DNA of 64,000 nt, from positions 25,199 to 89,198 of the forward strand of contig CAWKJP010000012.1 in NCBI GenBank assembly GCA_963850035.1, in the 5' to 3' direction. A program made the translations under genes and the position numbers. Source of the stretch: an uncultured Chloroflexia bacterium (GTDB lineage: Bacteria > Chloroflexota > Limnocylindria > Limnocylindrales > CSP1-4). Shown piece by piece: positions 51,177 through 60,406 of this stretch. Below the pieces are notes generated by a model, which worked only from the letters and a program-made list of their open reading frames with translations, was not told where the DNA came from and did not search any database. The number at the start of each line of letters is the position of its first letter. The stretch's first letter is position 1.

Positions 51177-52352
51177 ATGTCCGCCAAGATCCTCGTTGTT
51201 GACGACGACCCGAACGTCCAGCGCCTGCTGAGCTTCACGCTCAAGCAGGAAGGCTACGAAGTGATCGTGGCGGGCGACGGCGCCGAGGGCTTCAAGCTCT
51301 GGGCGCAGGACCCGCCTGCCCTCGTCCTGCTCGACGTGATGCTCCCGAAGCTCGACGGCTACCAGGTGGCCGCCAAGATCCGCGCCGAGGAGGGCGCCGC
51401 GGGCCACGTCCCGATCATCATGCTGACCGCCGAGAGCGAGGTGGAGCAGAAGATCCGCGGCCTTCGGGCCGGGGCGGACGACTACCTCGTCAAGCCGTTC
51501 CACCCGGCCGAGCTCCTCGCCCGGATCAAGAGCCTCCTCGCGCGGTTCGCGCCCCGGGACATGCTCGTCGGCCGTCCGCCGCTCGGGCGAGTCCTCGCGT
51601 TCTACGGCGCCAAGGGTGGCGTGGGCACGACGACCATCGCCATCAACACCGCGATCGCGCTGCATCGCGAGCTGGGCCGCAAGGTCTGCCTCGTCGATGC
51701 AAACCTGCAGTTCGGCGACCACCGCGTCTTCCTGGACCTCGGCCTGGATCGGAAGAGCATCGTCGACGTCGTGACCGCCCCCACGATCGACACCGACCTG
51801 TTCCGCAACGTCGTGGTGAAGCACGACTCCGGCATCGACCTGCTCCTCGCGCCGCCGTCGCCCGAGACCGCCGAGCTCGTCACGAAGGAGCACATCGCGC
51901 ACATCCTCGAGACCCTCCGCGGCCTCTACGACTACATCGTCGTGGACGTCGACAAGCGCCTCGACGACACGAACCTCGGGATCTTCGACGCGGCGGACTC
52001 GCTTTTCGTGGTCATGACCGCGGACCTCTCGTGCCTGAAGAACGTGCGCCTCGTCCTCGAGACGCTCGGCCACATCGGCTACGCGGACGACCGCGTGAAG
52101 CTGGTCCTCAACCGCTCCAACGCGTTCACCGGGATCAACGTGAAGAACGCCGAGGGCGCGCTGAAGCGCACGATCGACCACCTCGTGATCAACGAGTACC
52201 GCGGTGCGATCAGCGCCCTGAACTCCGGCGCGCCGGTCATGTTCACGAAGGCCGACTCGCCGCTGGGGCGGTCGTTCCACGACTTCGCCCGGGCCATCGA
52301 GAAGCAGCCGCGCCCCGTGACCGGATCCGCGCTGGTGGCGCCGGCGCGCTGA
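51177..52352 (+). CDS. response-regulator receiver fused to a CpaE/TadZ-type ATPase
   Basis: Canonical REC (VVDDD, LLDVMLP, MLTA, VKPF). The ATPase has the atypical P-loop AKGGVGTTT (no GK[ST]) followed by DANLQFGD. Paralog of 15359..16507. Confidence 0.85.
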   Translation: MSAKILVVDDDPNVQRLLSFTLKQEGYEVIVAGDGAEGFKLWAQDPPALVLLDVMLPKLDGYQVAAKIRAEEGAAGHVPIIMLTAESEVEQKIRGLRAGADDYLVKPFHPAELLARIKSLLARFAPRDMLVGRPPLGRVLAFYGAKGGVGTTTIAINTAIALHRELGRKVCLVDANLQFGDHRVFLDLGLDRKSIVDVVTAPTIDTDLFRNVVVKHDSGIDLLLAPPSPETAELVTKEHIAHILETLRGLYDYIVVDVDKRLDDTNLGIFDAADSLFVVMTADLSCLKNVRLVLETLGHIGYADDRVKLVLNRSNAFTGINVKNAEGALKRTIDHLVINEYRGAISALNSGAPVMFTKADSPLGRSFHDFARAIEKQPRPVTGSALVAPAR

Positions 52353-52480
52353 GGCTTCGTCCTCGGCAGCTCCCGATCTGGTCCGGCAGGGCGCCGAAAC
52401 GAGCCCTGCGCCTCGCCACGTAAGGCCGGGTGAAGGGCCGGGTGGCCGCGGGGTGAGACGGCGCCCCTAGGGTGGGCGGC

Positions 52481-54034
52481 ATGCTCGCTACGGTCCTCGC
52501 CGCCACGCTTCGCGGGCTCGAGGGCCGCCCGGTCCGCGTCGAGGTGGACGTGGCGCCCGGCCTGCCCGGCTTCACGATCGTGGGCCTCGCGGATGCGGCC
52601 CTGCGGGAGTCCCGCGAGCGGGTTCGCGGAGCGCTCCGCAACGCCGGATTCGTCCACCCGCCGCGCCGCATCACGGTCAACCTCGCCCCGGCGGACGTGC
52701 CGAAGGCGGGCTCCGCCCTCGACCTCGGGATCGCGATCGCGATCCTCGTCGGATCCGAGCAGGTCCGTCCGTGCGGCCGCTGGGCCATGCTCGGGGAGCT
52801 GGGGCTCGGGGGAGAGGTCCGGCCCGTCCCGGGCCTGCTGCCCATGATCGCGGCCCTCGCTCGACGCGGCGCCGGACGCGTGGTCGTGCCCGCGGACGCC
52901 CTCGACGAGGCCCGCCTCGTCCCGGGCATCGAGGCGCTGCCCGCCGCCTCGCTCGGGCAGGCCGTCGAGCTTGTGCGCGGGCGGCGGGTGCGCGGTCACG
53001 GGCCGATGACCCGCGCCGAGCTGATCCCGGACGAGACGGCGCGGGCCGTCCCGGCGCGCTCCGATGACGAGGCATGGCCGGATCTGGCCGATGTCCGCGG
53101 CCAGGCCGAGGCGCGCCGCGCGCTGGAGATCGCGCTCGCGGGCGGCCACGCGCTCCTGATGATCGGTGCGCCAGGATCGGGCAAGACCCTGCTGGCCCGG
53201 ACCATCCCAGGGCTGCTGCCGCCGCTGGATCCCGGTGAGGCACACGAGGCGACGGTGATTGCCTCGGTGGCGGGGGAGGGGCCGGTTCGCAGCCTCGTCA
53301 CGAAGCGGCCGTTCCGGGCGCCCCACCACACGGCGTCCTACGCAGCGCTCGTCGGCGGAGGTCCGCGCCTCGCGCCGGGGGAGGTCACCCGTGCCCACCA
53401 TGGCGTCCTGTTCCTTGATGAGCTGCCCGAGTTCGACCGGGCCGCGCGCGAGGCCCTGCGGCAACCCCTCGAGGAGGGACGAGTCGCGATCGCGCGGGCG
53501 GGCGGAGCGGTCGTGATGCCGGCCCGATTCCAGCTCGTCGCCGCCATGAACCCGTGCCCCTGCGGATGGGCCGGCGACCCATCCGGGCGCTGCACCTGCC
53601 CACCCGGCTTCCCGGACCGGTACGCGGCACGGATCTCGGGCCCGTTTCGCGACAGGCTGGACCTCTGGGTCTCCCTGCCGCGCGTTGCGCCCGCGGCGCT
53701 CCTCGCCCGCGGGGACGCGGAGGCGTCGTCAGCGGTTGCGGCGCGGGTCGCCGAGGTCCGCGCGCGCCAGCTCGCCGCGCGTGGACGGCTCGCGGGACGC
53801 CTGGCAGGGCGCGCGCTCCGGACCGCGTGCGGGCTCGACTCGGCGGGGGAGCGCGCCGCCATCCGACTGGCCGACGCCGGCGGCCTGACGGCACGTGCCA
53901 CCGAGCGCCTGCTCCGCGTCGCCCGGACGATCGCCGACCTCGAACCGGCGCAGCGGGTCGAGGCTCGCCACCTGGAGGAAGCTGCGCGCTATCGCGTCCC
54001 GGCCACCGCCGCGGCAGCCTCGCGGGCCGGCTGA
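52481..54034 (+). CDS. comM: YifB/ComM-family Mg-chelatase-like AAA+ ATPase
   Basis: N-terminal Lon-like domain (FTIVGLADAALRESRERV), Walker A GAPGSGKT, FLDELPEF, and the C-terminal CPCG...C.C cluster. Confidence 0.9.
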   Translation: MLATVLAATLRGLEGRPVRVEVDVAPGLPGFTIVGLADAALRESRERVRGALRNAGFVHPPRRITVNLAPADVPKAGSALDLGIAIAILVGSEQVRPCGRWAMLGELGLGGEVRPVPGLLPMIAALARRGAGRVVVPADALDEARLVPGIEALPAASLGQAVELVRGRRVRGHGPMTRAELIPDETARAVPARSDDEAWPDLADVRGQAEARRALEIALAGGHALLMIGAPGSGKTLLARTIPGLLPPLDPGEAHEATVIASVAGEGPVRSLVTKRPFRAPHHTASYAALVGGGPRLAPGEVTRAHHGVLFLDELPEFDRAAREALRQPLEEGRVAIARAGGAVVMPARFQLVAAMNPCPCGWAGDPSGRCTCPPGFPDRYAARISGPFRDRLDLWVSLPRVAPAALLARGDAEASSAVAARVAEVRARQLAARGRLAGRLAGRALRTACGLDSAGERAAIRLADAGGLTARATERLLRVARTIADLEPAQRVEARHLEEAARYRVPATAAAASRAG

Positions 54035-54035
54035 G

Positions 54036-55586
54036 GTGCTGGGCGTCGGGCGGGACGGGGCCCGCGGCGAGTGGCGAAGCAGTGACGATCCCGTGGCGAG
54101 CGTCGACGTGGGGAGCGTCGACCAGGGAGCGGCGCTCGGCCCCGGCGGCGCGATCGCTCCAGCCAGCGCGGGCCCTGCCGGTGCGATCGGCCGTGGCCCC
54201 GGCCCGGTGCTCGGCCGTGGCGCGGGCGCGGTGCAGGGCCGTGGCGACCATCGGGGCGGAACCCGTGCCGGCAGGCCGGCCTCGACGGCGCTCCCGGGAG
54301 CTCGGCCGGCAACGGCCGAACCGGCGCACGGGGCCCTGTCGATCGACGAGGTCGACGCCTGGGCCGTGCTCGTCGCCGTGGACGGCATCGGGCCGGTGAC
54401 GCTCGCGGCGCTGCTGGCTGCCCTCGGCAGCGGGCGAGCCGTGCTCGAGACTGCCGCGGGACCGGCCGGACCGCGGCGCCTTGCGGAGGCGGTCGCGAGC
54501 CGCGGGAGTCGCCTCGACGCCGCGCTCGGGCGCGCGATCGCCGATGCCGCCATCGCGGCGCCGGTCCTCGTGGCGCGGGTGCGGGCGCTCGGGATCGAGG
54601 TTCTCACCATCGAGTCGCCGGACTATCCGGGCCGCCTCCGCCTCCTCGACCTGCCGCCGCCGGTCCTGTTCGTTCTCGGAAATCTCGCGGCCCTCGATCC
54701 GGCGCGCTCCGTCGCGATCGTGGGGACGCGACGCGCCACGGAAGGCGGTCGCCGGATCGCCGGCGCGATCGGCGGCGCGGTCTCGACCGCGGGCGCCGTG
54801 GTCGTCTCGGGCCTCGCGGTCGGTATCGACGGCGCCGCGCACGCTGCCGCCGTCGCCTGCGGCGGGCGAACCGTCGCCGTCCTCGGGTCGGGACACCAGC
54901 GGCTCTATCCGCGCGCACACGGACACCTGGCCGACCAGATCGTCGCTGGCGGCGGCGCGGTGATCTCCGAGCTCGCGCCCGATATCGGGCCCGTGCCTGG
55001 AACCTTCCCGCGGCGCAACCGGGTCGTCAGCGGTCTTGCCGATGCCACCGTGATCGTCGAGGCGGGCGAGCGGAGCGGCGCCCTGATCACGGCGAGCTGG
55101 GCCCTCGAGCAGGGGCGCGAGTGCTTCGTCGTGCCGGGGTCGCTCGATGCGGAGCAGAGCCTGGGCTGCAACCGCCTGCTCCGGCTGTATCCGGGCCAGG
55201 CGCGCGCGGTCCCGAGCGTCGCCGAGCTGCTCGAGGACCTCGGCCTCGCCGGGACAGGAGCACGGACATCCCCGGACCGGCGGTCGCTCCGCGGCGGGCG
55301 CGCCGTCGGGCCCGATCCCGGGGCGATCCTCGCCGGCCTCGGCGCGGCAGAGGCCGCGGTTGCCCGGGCGATCCTGCCTCGCGCCGCGACGCTCGAGGAG
55401 CTGATGGATGCCACCGGGTTCGCCCCAGCGACGGTCCTCGCCGTCCTCACGCGCCTCGAGGGACAGAAACTCATCGTGGCCGCGCTCGGCAGGTACGCGC
55501 CCGCCGGCGCCCTCGCGGCGACCACGCCCCACCCGCGGCGCGTGGTAGCGCGGGCCGTCGCGGCGACTCCTGCCGTGAACCGCTGA
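54036..55586 (+). CDS. dprA: DNA-processing protein DprA (Smf) with a long Gly/Ala-rich N-terminal extension
   Basis: The Rossmann-like DprA core (IVGTRRAT..., SGLAVGIDGAAH, GTFPRRNRVVSGL, VVEAGERSGALITA) plus a C-terminal winged-helix region. The start is uncertain; GTG 54036 is the first candidate. Confidence 0.8.
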   Translation: MLGVGRDGARGEWRSSDDPVASVDVGSVDQGAALGPGGAIAPASAGPAGAIGRGPGPVLGRGAGAVQGRGDHRGGTRAGRPASTALPGARPATAEPAHGALSIDEVDAWAVLVAVDGIGPVTLAALLAALGSGRAVLETAAGPAGPRRLAEAVASRGSRLDAALGRAIADAAIAAPVLVARVRALGIEVLTIESPDYPGRLRLLDLPPPVLFVLGNLAALDPARSVAIVGTRRATEGGRRIAGAIGGAVSTAGAVVVSGLAVGIDGAAHAAAVACGGRTVAVLGSGHQRLYPRAHGHLADQIVAGGGAVISELAPDIGPVPGTFPRRNRVVSGLADATVIVEAGERSGALITASWALEQGRECFVVPGSLDAEQSLGCNRLLRLYPGQARAVPSVAELLEDLGLAGTGARTSPDRRSLRGGRAVGPDPGAILAGLGAAEAAVARAILPRAATLEELMDATGFAPATVLAVLTRLEGQKLIVAALGRYAPAGALAATTPHPRRVVARAVAATPAVNR

Positions 55587-55601
55587 CCGGCGAGCGGCCC
55601 G

Positions 55602-57497
55602 ATGTCCCGGGCCCGTCATGCCGCGCCGGGGGCCGGCGAGCCTGCGGCAGGTTGCCCCGCCTCGTCGACGGGTGGTATGGTGCGAGCCGATCGCGGGGAG
55701 ATCGAGCGAGGCACGACGCCACGTGCACGGCGCCGGCCAAGCAGCGAGGAGCGTCTATTGCGGAAGATCGCGGCCGCGATCCTGGCCGTTCCCGTGTTCG
55801 TGGCGCTCTACCTGCCGGTCGCTCGCCGGCGCGGCGTCGCGATCCGGGCGGGGCTCGCCGTCGGCGTCGGCCTGCTGGTGCTGGTCGCCGCGGTCGGCTC
55901 GCTTCCGCGCCAGGCCTCGGCCCTTCCGCCCGCGACCGCCGGCCCGGTCGCCCCCGAGCGGTTCGGCCCGAACGTCGAGTCGCGCCAGGCGCTCGACGGA
56001 GCGGTCACCTTCGAGTTCCTGACGCCGATGGACGCGGCGAGCGTGGCTGCCGCGATCAGCGTCGACCCGCAGACGCCGCTCACGCTCGCATGGCTCGACG
56101 CCGGCCGGCGCCTCCTGGTGAGCTCGCGGGACGGGTGGGCTCCCGAGACGTACTACACGCTCACGATCGGCACGGCGGCGCGAAGCGCCGCCGGCGTTGC
56201 CCTCGCCGACCCGCTGAGGACCGCCTTCTACACCCGGGCCCCGACCGGCGGCAGGATCGCCGCCACGGGCGCGCTCCCCGCGGGACGGGTCTCGCCGGAT
56301 ACGGCATTCATCGTCGCCTTCGACCGCCCGGTCGACGCCGCCGCTGCCCGGGCAGCGTTCCGGATCGACCCGCAGGTCGCGGGCGAGCTCCAGGCCGACA
56401 CCGCGGCCGGACCGACGGAGCGGCTCACCTTCATCCCCGCCGACGGGCTTGCTGCCGGGACGCGGTATACGGTCTCGATCGCGGCCGGGCTGGTTGACAC
56501 GGACGGGGCGCGGATCGCCACGCTCGCGCCGCTCACGGTGCAGGCGATCGTGACGCCGGCCGTCGTGCGCTTCCGTCCGGTCGCAGGGACCGAGGACGTC
56601 GCGCGGGACGCGGACATCTCCGTCCGTTTCACGCGTCCGATGGACCGGGCCACCACGCAGCGGGCATTCGTCGTCTCGGTCGCGGGCACGGCGCTCGTCG
56701 GGGACTATCACTGGGCCGAGGCCGACACCGTCGTGATCTTCAACCCGCGTGATCCGCTGCCCTTTGGCACCGAGGTCGTGATGTCGGTCACACGCGACGC
56801 CACCGGCGCCGACGGGACGGCGATCGCCGGTCCGGTGACGGCGCGGTTCACGACGCTCGCGAAGCCGGCCGCCACGCCGCCGCCGACCCCGGCACCGACC
56901 GCGAAGCCCACGCCGAAGCCGACCCCCAGGCCCACGCCGGTGCCCGCCACGCCCGCCCCGAAGCCGACGCCGAAGCCGACGCCCAAACCGACGCCGAAGC
57001 CGGCGCCATCATCGTCGGGCGGCTCCACCGGCAGCGGCCCCTGGGCCGCCGCGGAGCGGTACTACCTGAGCCTGATGAACTGCACCCGCGGCGGCGGGAT
57101 CGTGACGTCGTCCGGCGCGTGCTCGAGCCCCGGGGGCAGCGGCGTCGCCCCCCTCGTCCTCGACAGCGGGATCAGCGCGGCCGTCTCGCGGCCGTACGCG
57201 AAGATGCTGGCGGCGAGCGGCGTGTGCAGCCACTTCGACGGCGGCACCCCGGGTGACCGGCTGCGCCGCGCGGGCTACACGAGCTATCGCTGGGGCGAGA
57301 ACCTCGGCTGCCTGTCGGCCTCGAGCGCGAACGCGTCCGCCCTCGGGACCCAGCTCTACTTCCAGTCGGAGGGGGCGTGGAGCCCGCCGGGCGGGCACTA
57401 CGTCAACATGATGAACCCGGCCTACGACCGGGTCGGGATCGGCGTCTGGATCTCCGGGGGGCAGATCCGGATCGTCATCGACTTCTACCACCCGTGA
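55602..57497 (+). CDS. membrane-anchored surface protein: three SbsA-Ig/Big_5-like repeats, a Pro/Thr/Lys linker and a C-terminal CAP (SCP/PR-1-like) domain
   Basis: A TM segment (IAAAILAVPVFVALYL) is followed by three repeats with the pattern V.F..PMD...A..AF...P. The C-terminus has YRWGENLG...HYVNMMNPAYDRVGIGV, typical of CAP domains. The start is uncertain (55602 or 55677). Confidence 0.68.
   Translation: MSRARHAAPGAGEPAAGCPASSTGGMVRADRGEIERGTTPRARRRPSSEERLLRKIAAAILAVPVFVALYLPVARRRGVAIRAGLAVGVGLLVLVAAVGSLPRQASALPPATAGPVAPERFGPNVESRQALDGAVTFEFLTPMDAASVAAAISVDPQTPLTLAWLDAGRRLLVSSRDGWAPETYYTLTIGTAARSAAGVALADPLRTAFYTRAPTGGRIAATGALPAGRVSPDTAFIVAFDRPVDAAAARAAFRIDPQVAGELQADTAAGPTERLTFIPADGLAAGTRYTVSIAAGLVDTDGARIATLAPLTVQAIVTPAVVRFRPVAGTEDVARDADISVRFTRPMDRATTQRAFVVSVAGTALVGDYHWAEADTVVIFNPRDPLPFGTEVVMSVTRDATGADGTAIAGPVTARFTTLAKPAATPPPTPAPTAKPTPKPTPRPTPVPATPAPKPTPKPTPKPTPKPAPSSSGGSTGSGPWAAAERYYLSLMNCTRGGGIVTSSGACSSPGGSGVAPLVLDSGISAAVSRPYAKMLAASGVCSHFDGGTPGDRLRRAGYTSYRWGENLGCLSASSANASALGTQLYFQSEGAWSPPGGHYVNMMNPAYDRVGIGVWISGGQIRIVIDFYHP
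56862..57010 (+). repeat. coding low-complexity repeat (PTPKP)n linker
   Basis: Reiterated AAGCCGACGCCG-type units encoding TPAPTAKPTPKPTPRPTPVPATPAPKPTPKPTPKPTPKPAP. Confidence 0.85.
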
Positions 57498-57805
57498 TCC
57501 GCGACGCGGTCCTCCACCTGATCAACGAGCAGCCGCTGCTCATCGATCTCTTCGACGCGCCGTCCCCGAGCAATTCCGTCCTCGTCGGCACGAACCTCCG
57601 GACCATGAGCCGGACGCGGCCGCTCTTCGCCGAGCGCGAGGGTTCGACGTTCGTGTTCCCGTACACCCACATCCGGTTCGTGGAGCTCCCGGTCGCGGCC
57701 GCCACGGTCGAGTCGAGGGAGCCCGTCCTCACGATCCAGCTCGCCGAGCCGGAGCCCGACCTCGAGGTCGACGAGGACTTCCTGCGCCGCGTTCGCGAGC
57801 TCTGA
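57494..57805 (+). CDS. hypothetical small protein, translationally coupled to the CAP-domain gene
   Basis: 103 aa. The GTG overlaps the upstream stop (GTGA 57494-57497). Acidic C-terminus. No family recognised. Confidence 0.5.
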   Translation: MIRDAVLHLINEQPLLIDLFDAPSPSNSVLVGTNLRTMSRTRPLFAEREGSTFVFPYTHIRFVELPVAAATVESREPVLTIQLAEPEPDLEVDEDFLRRVREL

Positions 57806-57896
57806 CGGACCGCCGCCGCAGGTTGCCCGCGGGGCCGTGGCGTCTGCGGCTCGTGGGCTTCCAGCCGGGCGGCGTGATCGGGCCGTGCGTGGCCGG

Positions 57897-57905
57897 TGCT
57901 AGACT
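57897..57905 (+). promoter_or_regulatory. extended -10 (TGCTAGACT), leaderless or near-leaderless topA
   Basis: GGTGCTAGACT ends 8 nt before ATG 57914 and there is no SD. Confidence 0.5.
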
Positions 57906-57913
57906 CGCTCGCC

Positions 57914-60400
57914 ATGACCGAGAACCTCGTGATCGTCGAGTCGCCCGCAAAGGCGAAGACGATCGAACGCTACCTTGGGCCCGGGTACACCGTGCTCGCC
58001 TCCTACGGCCACGTCCGCGACCTGCCCGAGAACCCCGGCAAGGGCCAGCTGGGCGTGGACGTGGAGCATGACTTCGCGCCCGACTACGAGATCCCCGCCG
58101 ACCGGCGCCGCCAGGTCTCGGCGATCGAGAAGGCGGGCCGCCGGGCGGACCGCATCTTCCTCGCGACGGACCTCGACCGCGAGGGCGAGGCGATCGCCTG
58201 GCACGTCGCCGAGGCGGCGCACCTTCCCGCGGATCGGACGAGCCGCGTCACCTTCAGCGAGATCACCGAGCCCGCCATCCGGGCGGCCTTCGCTGCGCCC
58301 CGGGCGATCAACGCCGACCTCGTGGACGCGCAGCAGACCCGGCGGATCGTCGACCGGCTCGTCGGCTACACGCTGAGCCCGCTCATCTCGCGGAAGGTCC
58401 GCTCGGGCCTCTCGGCTGGCCGCGTCCAGTCGGTGGCGGTTCGCCTCGTCGTGGAGCGCGACCGCGAGATCCGCGCCTTCGTCGCCCGCGAGTACTGGAC
58501 CATCGAGGCGACGCTCCTCGCTCCGGACGGCACCCAGTTCACGGCGGAGCTGGTGCGAATCTCGGGGCACAAGCCCGTGATCGAGGACGCCGAGACGGCG
58601 CGGCGCCACACCGAGGCGCTGCGCGCCAGCCGGCCGGCGGTTCGAGCGGTCTCGGTGCGGACGTCGAAGCGGAGCCCGGCGCCACCGTTCACGACCTCGA
58701 CCCTCCAGCAGGAGGCGAGCCGCAAGCTCGGCTTCAGCCCGAAGCGGACCATGTCGGTCGCCCAGCGCCTCTACGAGGGCGTCGAGACGCCGGACGGGCC
58801 GGTCGGGCTCATCACCTACATGCGAACCAATTCGGTCGCCCTCGCCGACCAGGCGCTCGTCGAGGCGCGCGCGGTGATCGATGCGCGGTACGGCCGCGCC
58901 TACGTCGTCGCCAAGGGACGCCGCTACCGCACCACGTCCCGCAACGCCCAGGAGGCCCACGAGGCCATCCGGCCCACGTCGCTCGCGAGGGAGCCGGAGA
59001 CGCTCGAGGGATCGCTCGGACGCGACGAGGCACGCCTCTACCGGCTGATCTGGCAGCGGACCCTTGCGAGCCAGATGACCGAGAAGCAGCTGGAGACGAC
59101 CACGGTCGACCTCGCGGACGCGGGCTACGACCTGCGGGCGTCGGCGACGCGTACGCTCTTCGACGGGTTCAGCCGCGTCTACACGGAGGGCCGCGACGAA
59201 GGCGAGGAGGAGGCCGAGCGGACACTTCCGGCGCTGGCCGAGGGCGACGCGACGACCGTGACGGATGTCGCGCCCACCCAGCACTTCACGGAGCCGCCGC
59301 CGCGCTTCACCGAGGCATCGCTCGTGAAGGCGCTCGAGGAGCTAGGCGTCGGCCGCCCGTCGACGTACGCGGCGACGCTCTCGACGATCGTCGACCGGGG
59401 CTACGTCACGATCCGGGAGCGGCGGCTCTATCCAGAGCCGGTCGCCGAGGTCGTCACCGACCTCCTCGTGGAGCACTTCGGGCGGTACGTGGACCTCGCG
59501 TTCACCGCCCGGATGGAGGAGGAGCTCGACGAGATCGCGCGCGGGGAGCGGGCCTGGGTGCCGCTCCTCCGGGAGTTCTACGCGCCACTGCGGACGCTCG
59601 TGGACGAGAAGCGCAAGGAGCTCCGCCGCAAGGACTTCACGACCGAGGCGACCGACGAGGTCTGCTCGCTGGGCCACCCGATGGTGATCCGCCTGGGCCG
59701 CAACGGGCGGTTCCTCGCCTGCTCGCTGTACCCCGAGCACAAGGAGTCGAGGCCGCTCCCGGGCGAGGAGCCCGACCTCCCGGCGCTTCCGGGCGCCGGC
59801 GAGTCCTGCCCCACCTGCGGCGAGACCGACGGCGGGGTCCTCGCAGTCAAGCGCGGCCGGTTCGGGCCCTTCGTGGGCTGCAATCGCTACCCGGACTGCT
59901 CGTACATCCGGAAGGACGGTCCGCCGCCGCCCGACCAGCTTCCGTTCGAGGTGACCTGCCCGCGCTGCGGCGAGGGCCACCTCGTGGCGCGTCGCGCGCG
60001 GCGGACCGGCTCGGTCTTCTGGGGCTGCTCGCGCTACCCGAAGTGCGACTTCACGACCTCGCACGAGCCGCTGGGCCCTGTCCATGACGCCGACGGTGGA
60101 CCGGTCGCGCGCCGCGATGCCGAGAGCGGGCTCTGCCTGAAGTGCGGGGCGACCGTGGCGCTGCCGGACGGTGTCGTCCCGGCGCCCGGCAGCATGCTCG
60201 CCGGCGGCCCGCCGGATCCGGCGGCGCTGGCACGTCCCGGTGGCCGCGGCGGACGTCGCCCTGGGGGGGCATCGGGCCGCGGCCGGGTCGCCCCCGCGGG
60301 CGGGGCCGCGCCGCGACGTGCGGGGGCGACGGGGACCGCGCACCGGCGGCCCGCCGCCACCGGACGCGTTGCCCGGCGGCCAGCCTCCGGCACCGACTGA
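57914..60400 (+). CDS. topA: DNA topoisomerase I (type IA) with C-terminal zinc ribbons and a basic tail
   Basis: TOPRIM (LVIVESPAKAKTI, ATDLDREGEAI), the active-site region (LITYMRTNS), CPTCG and CPRCG zinc ribbons, and an Arg/Gly/Pro-rich tail. Confidence 0.95.
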   Translation: MTENLVIVESPAKAKTIERYLGPGYTVLASYGHVRDLPENPGKGQLGVDVEHDFAPDYEIPADRRRQVSAIEKAGRRADRIFLATDLDREGEAIAWHVAEAAHLPADRTSRVTFSEITEPAIRAAFAAPRAINADLVDAQQTRRIVDRLVGYTLSPLISRKVRSGLSAGRVQSVAVRLVVERDREIRAFVAREYWTIEATLLAPDGTQFTAELVRISGHKPVIEDAETARRHTEALRASRPAVRAVSVRTSKRSPAPPFTTSTLQQEASRKLGFSPKRTMSVAQRLYEGVETPDGPVGLITYMRTNSVALADQALVEARAVIDARYGRAYVVAKGRRYRTTSRNAQEAHEAIRPTSLAREPETLEGSLGRDEARLYRLIWQRTLASQMTEKQLETTTVDLADAGYDLRASATRTLFDGFSRVYTEGRDEGEEEAERTLPALAEGDATTVTDVAPTQHFTEPPPRFTEASLVKALEELGVGRPSTYAATLSTIVDRGYVTIRERRLYPEPVAEVVTDLLVEHFGRYVDLAFTARMEEELDEIARGERAWVPLLREFYAPLRTLVDEKRKELRRKDFTTEATDEVCSLGHPMVIRLGRNGRFLACSLYPEHKESRPLPGEEPDLPALPGAGESCPTCGETDGGVLAVKRGRFGPFVGCNRYPDCSYIRKDGPPPPDQLPFEVTCPRCGEGHLVARRARRTGSVFWGCSRYPKCDFTTSHEPLGPVHDADGGPVARRDAESGLCLKCGATVALPDGVVPAPGSMLAGGPPDPAALARPGGRGGRRPGGASGRGRVAPAGGAAPRRAGATGTAHRRPAATGRVARRPASGTD

Positions 60401-60406
60401 GCCGCG

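Noticed and set aside
56862-57010. Tandem DNA repeats that might be a non-coding repeat element.
   Set aside because: They lie in frame within the Big_5-CAP gene and encode a (PTPKP)n stalk, a common linker in secreted actinobacterial-type proteins.
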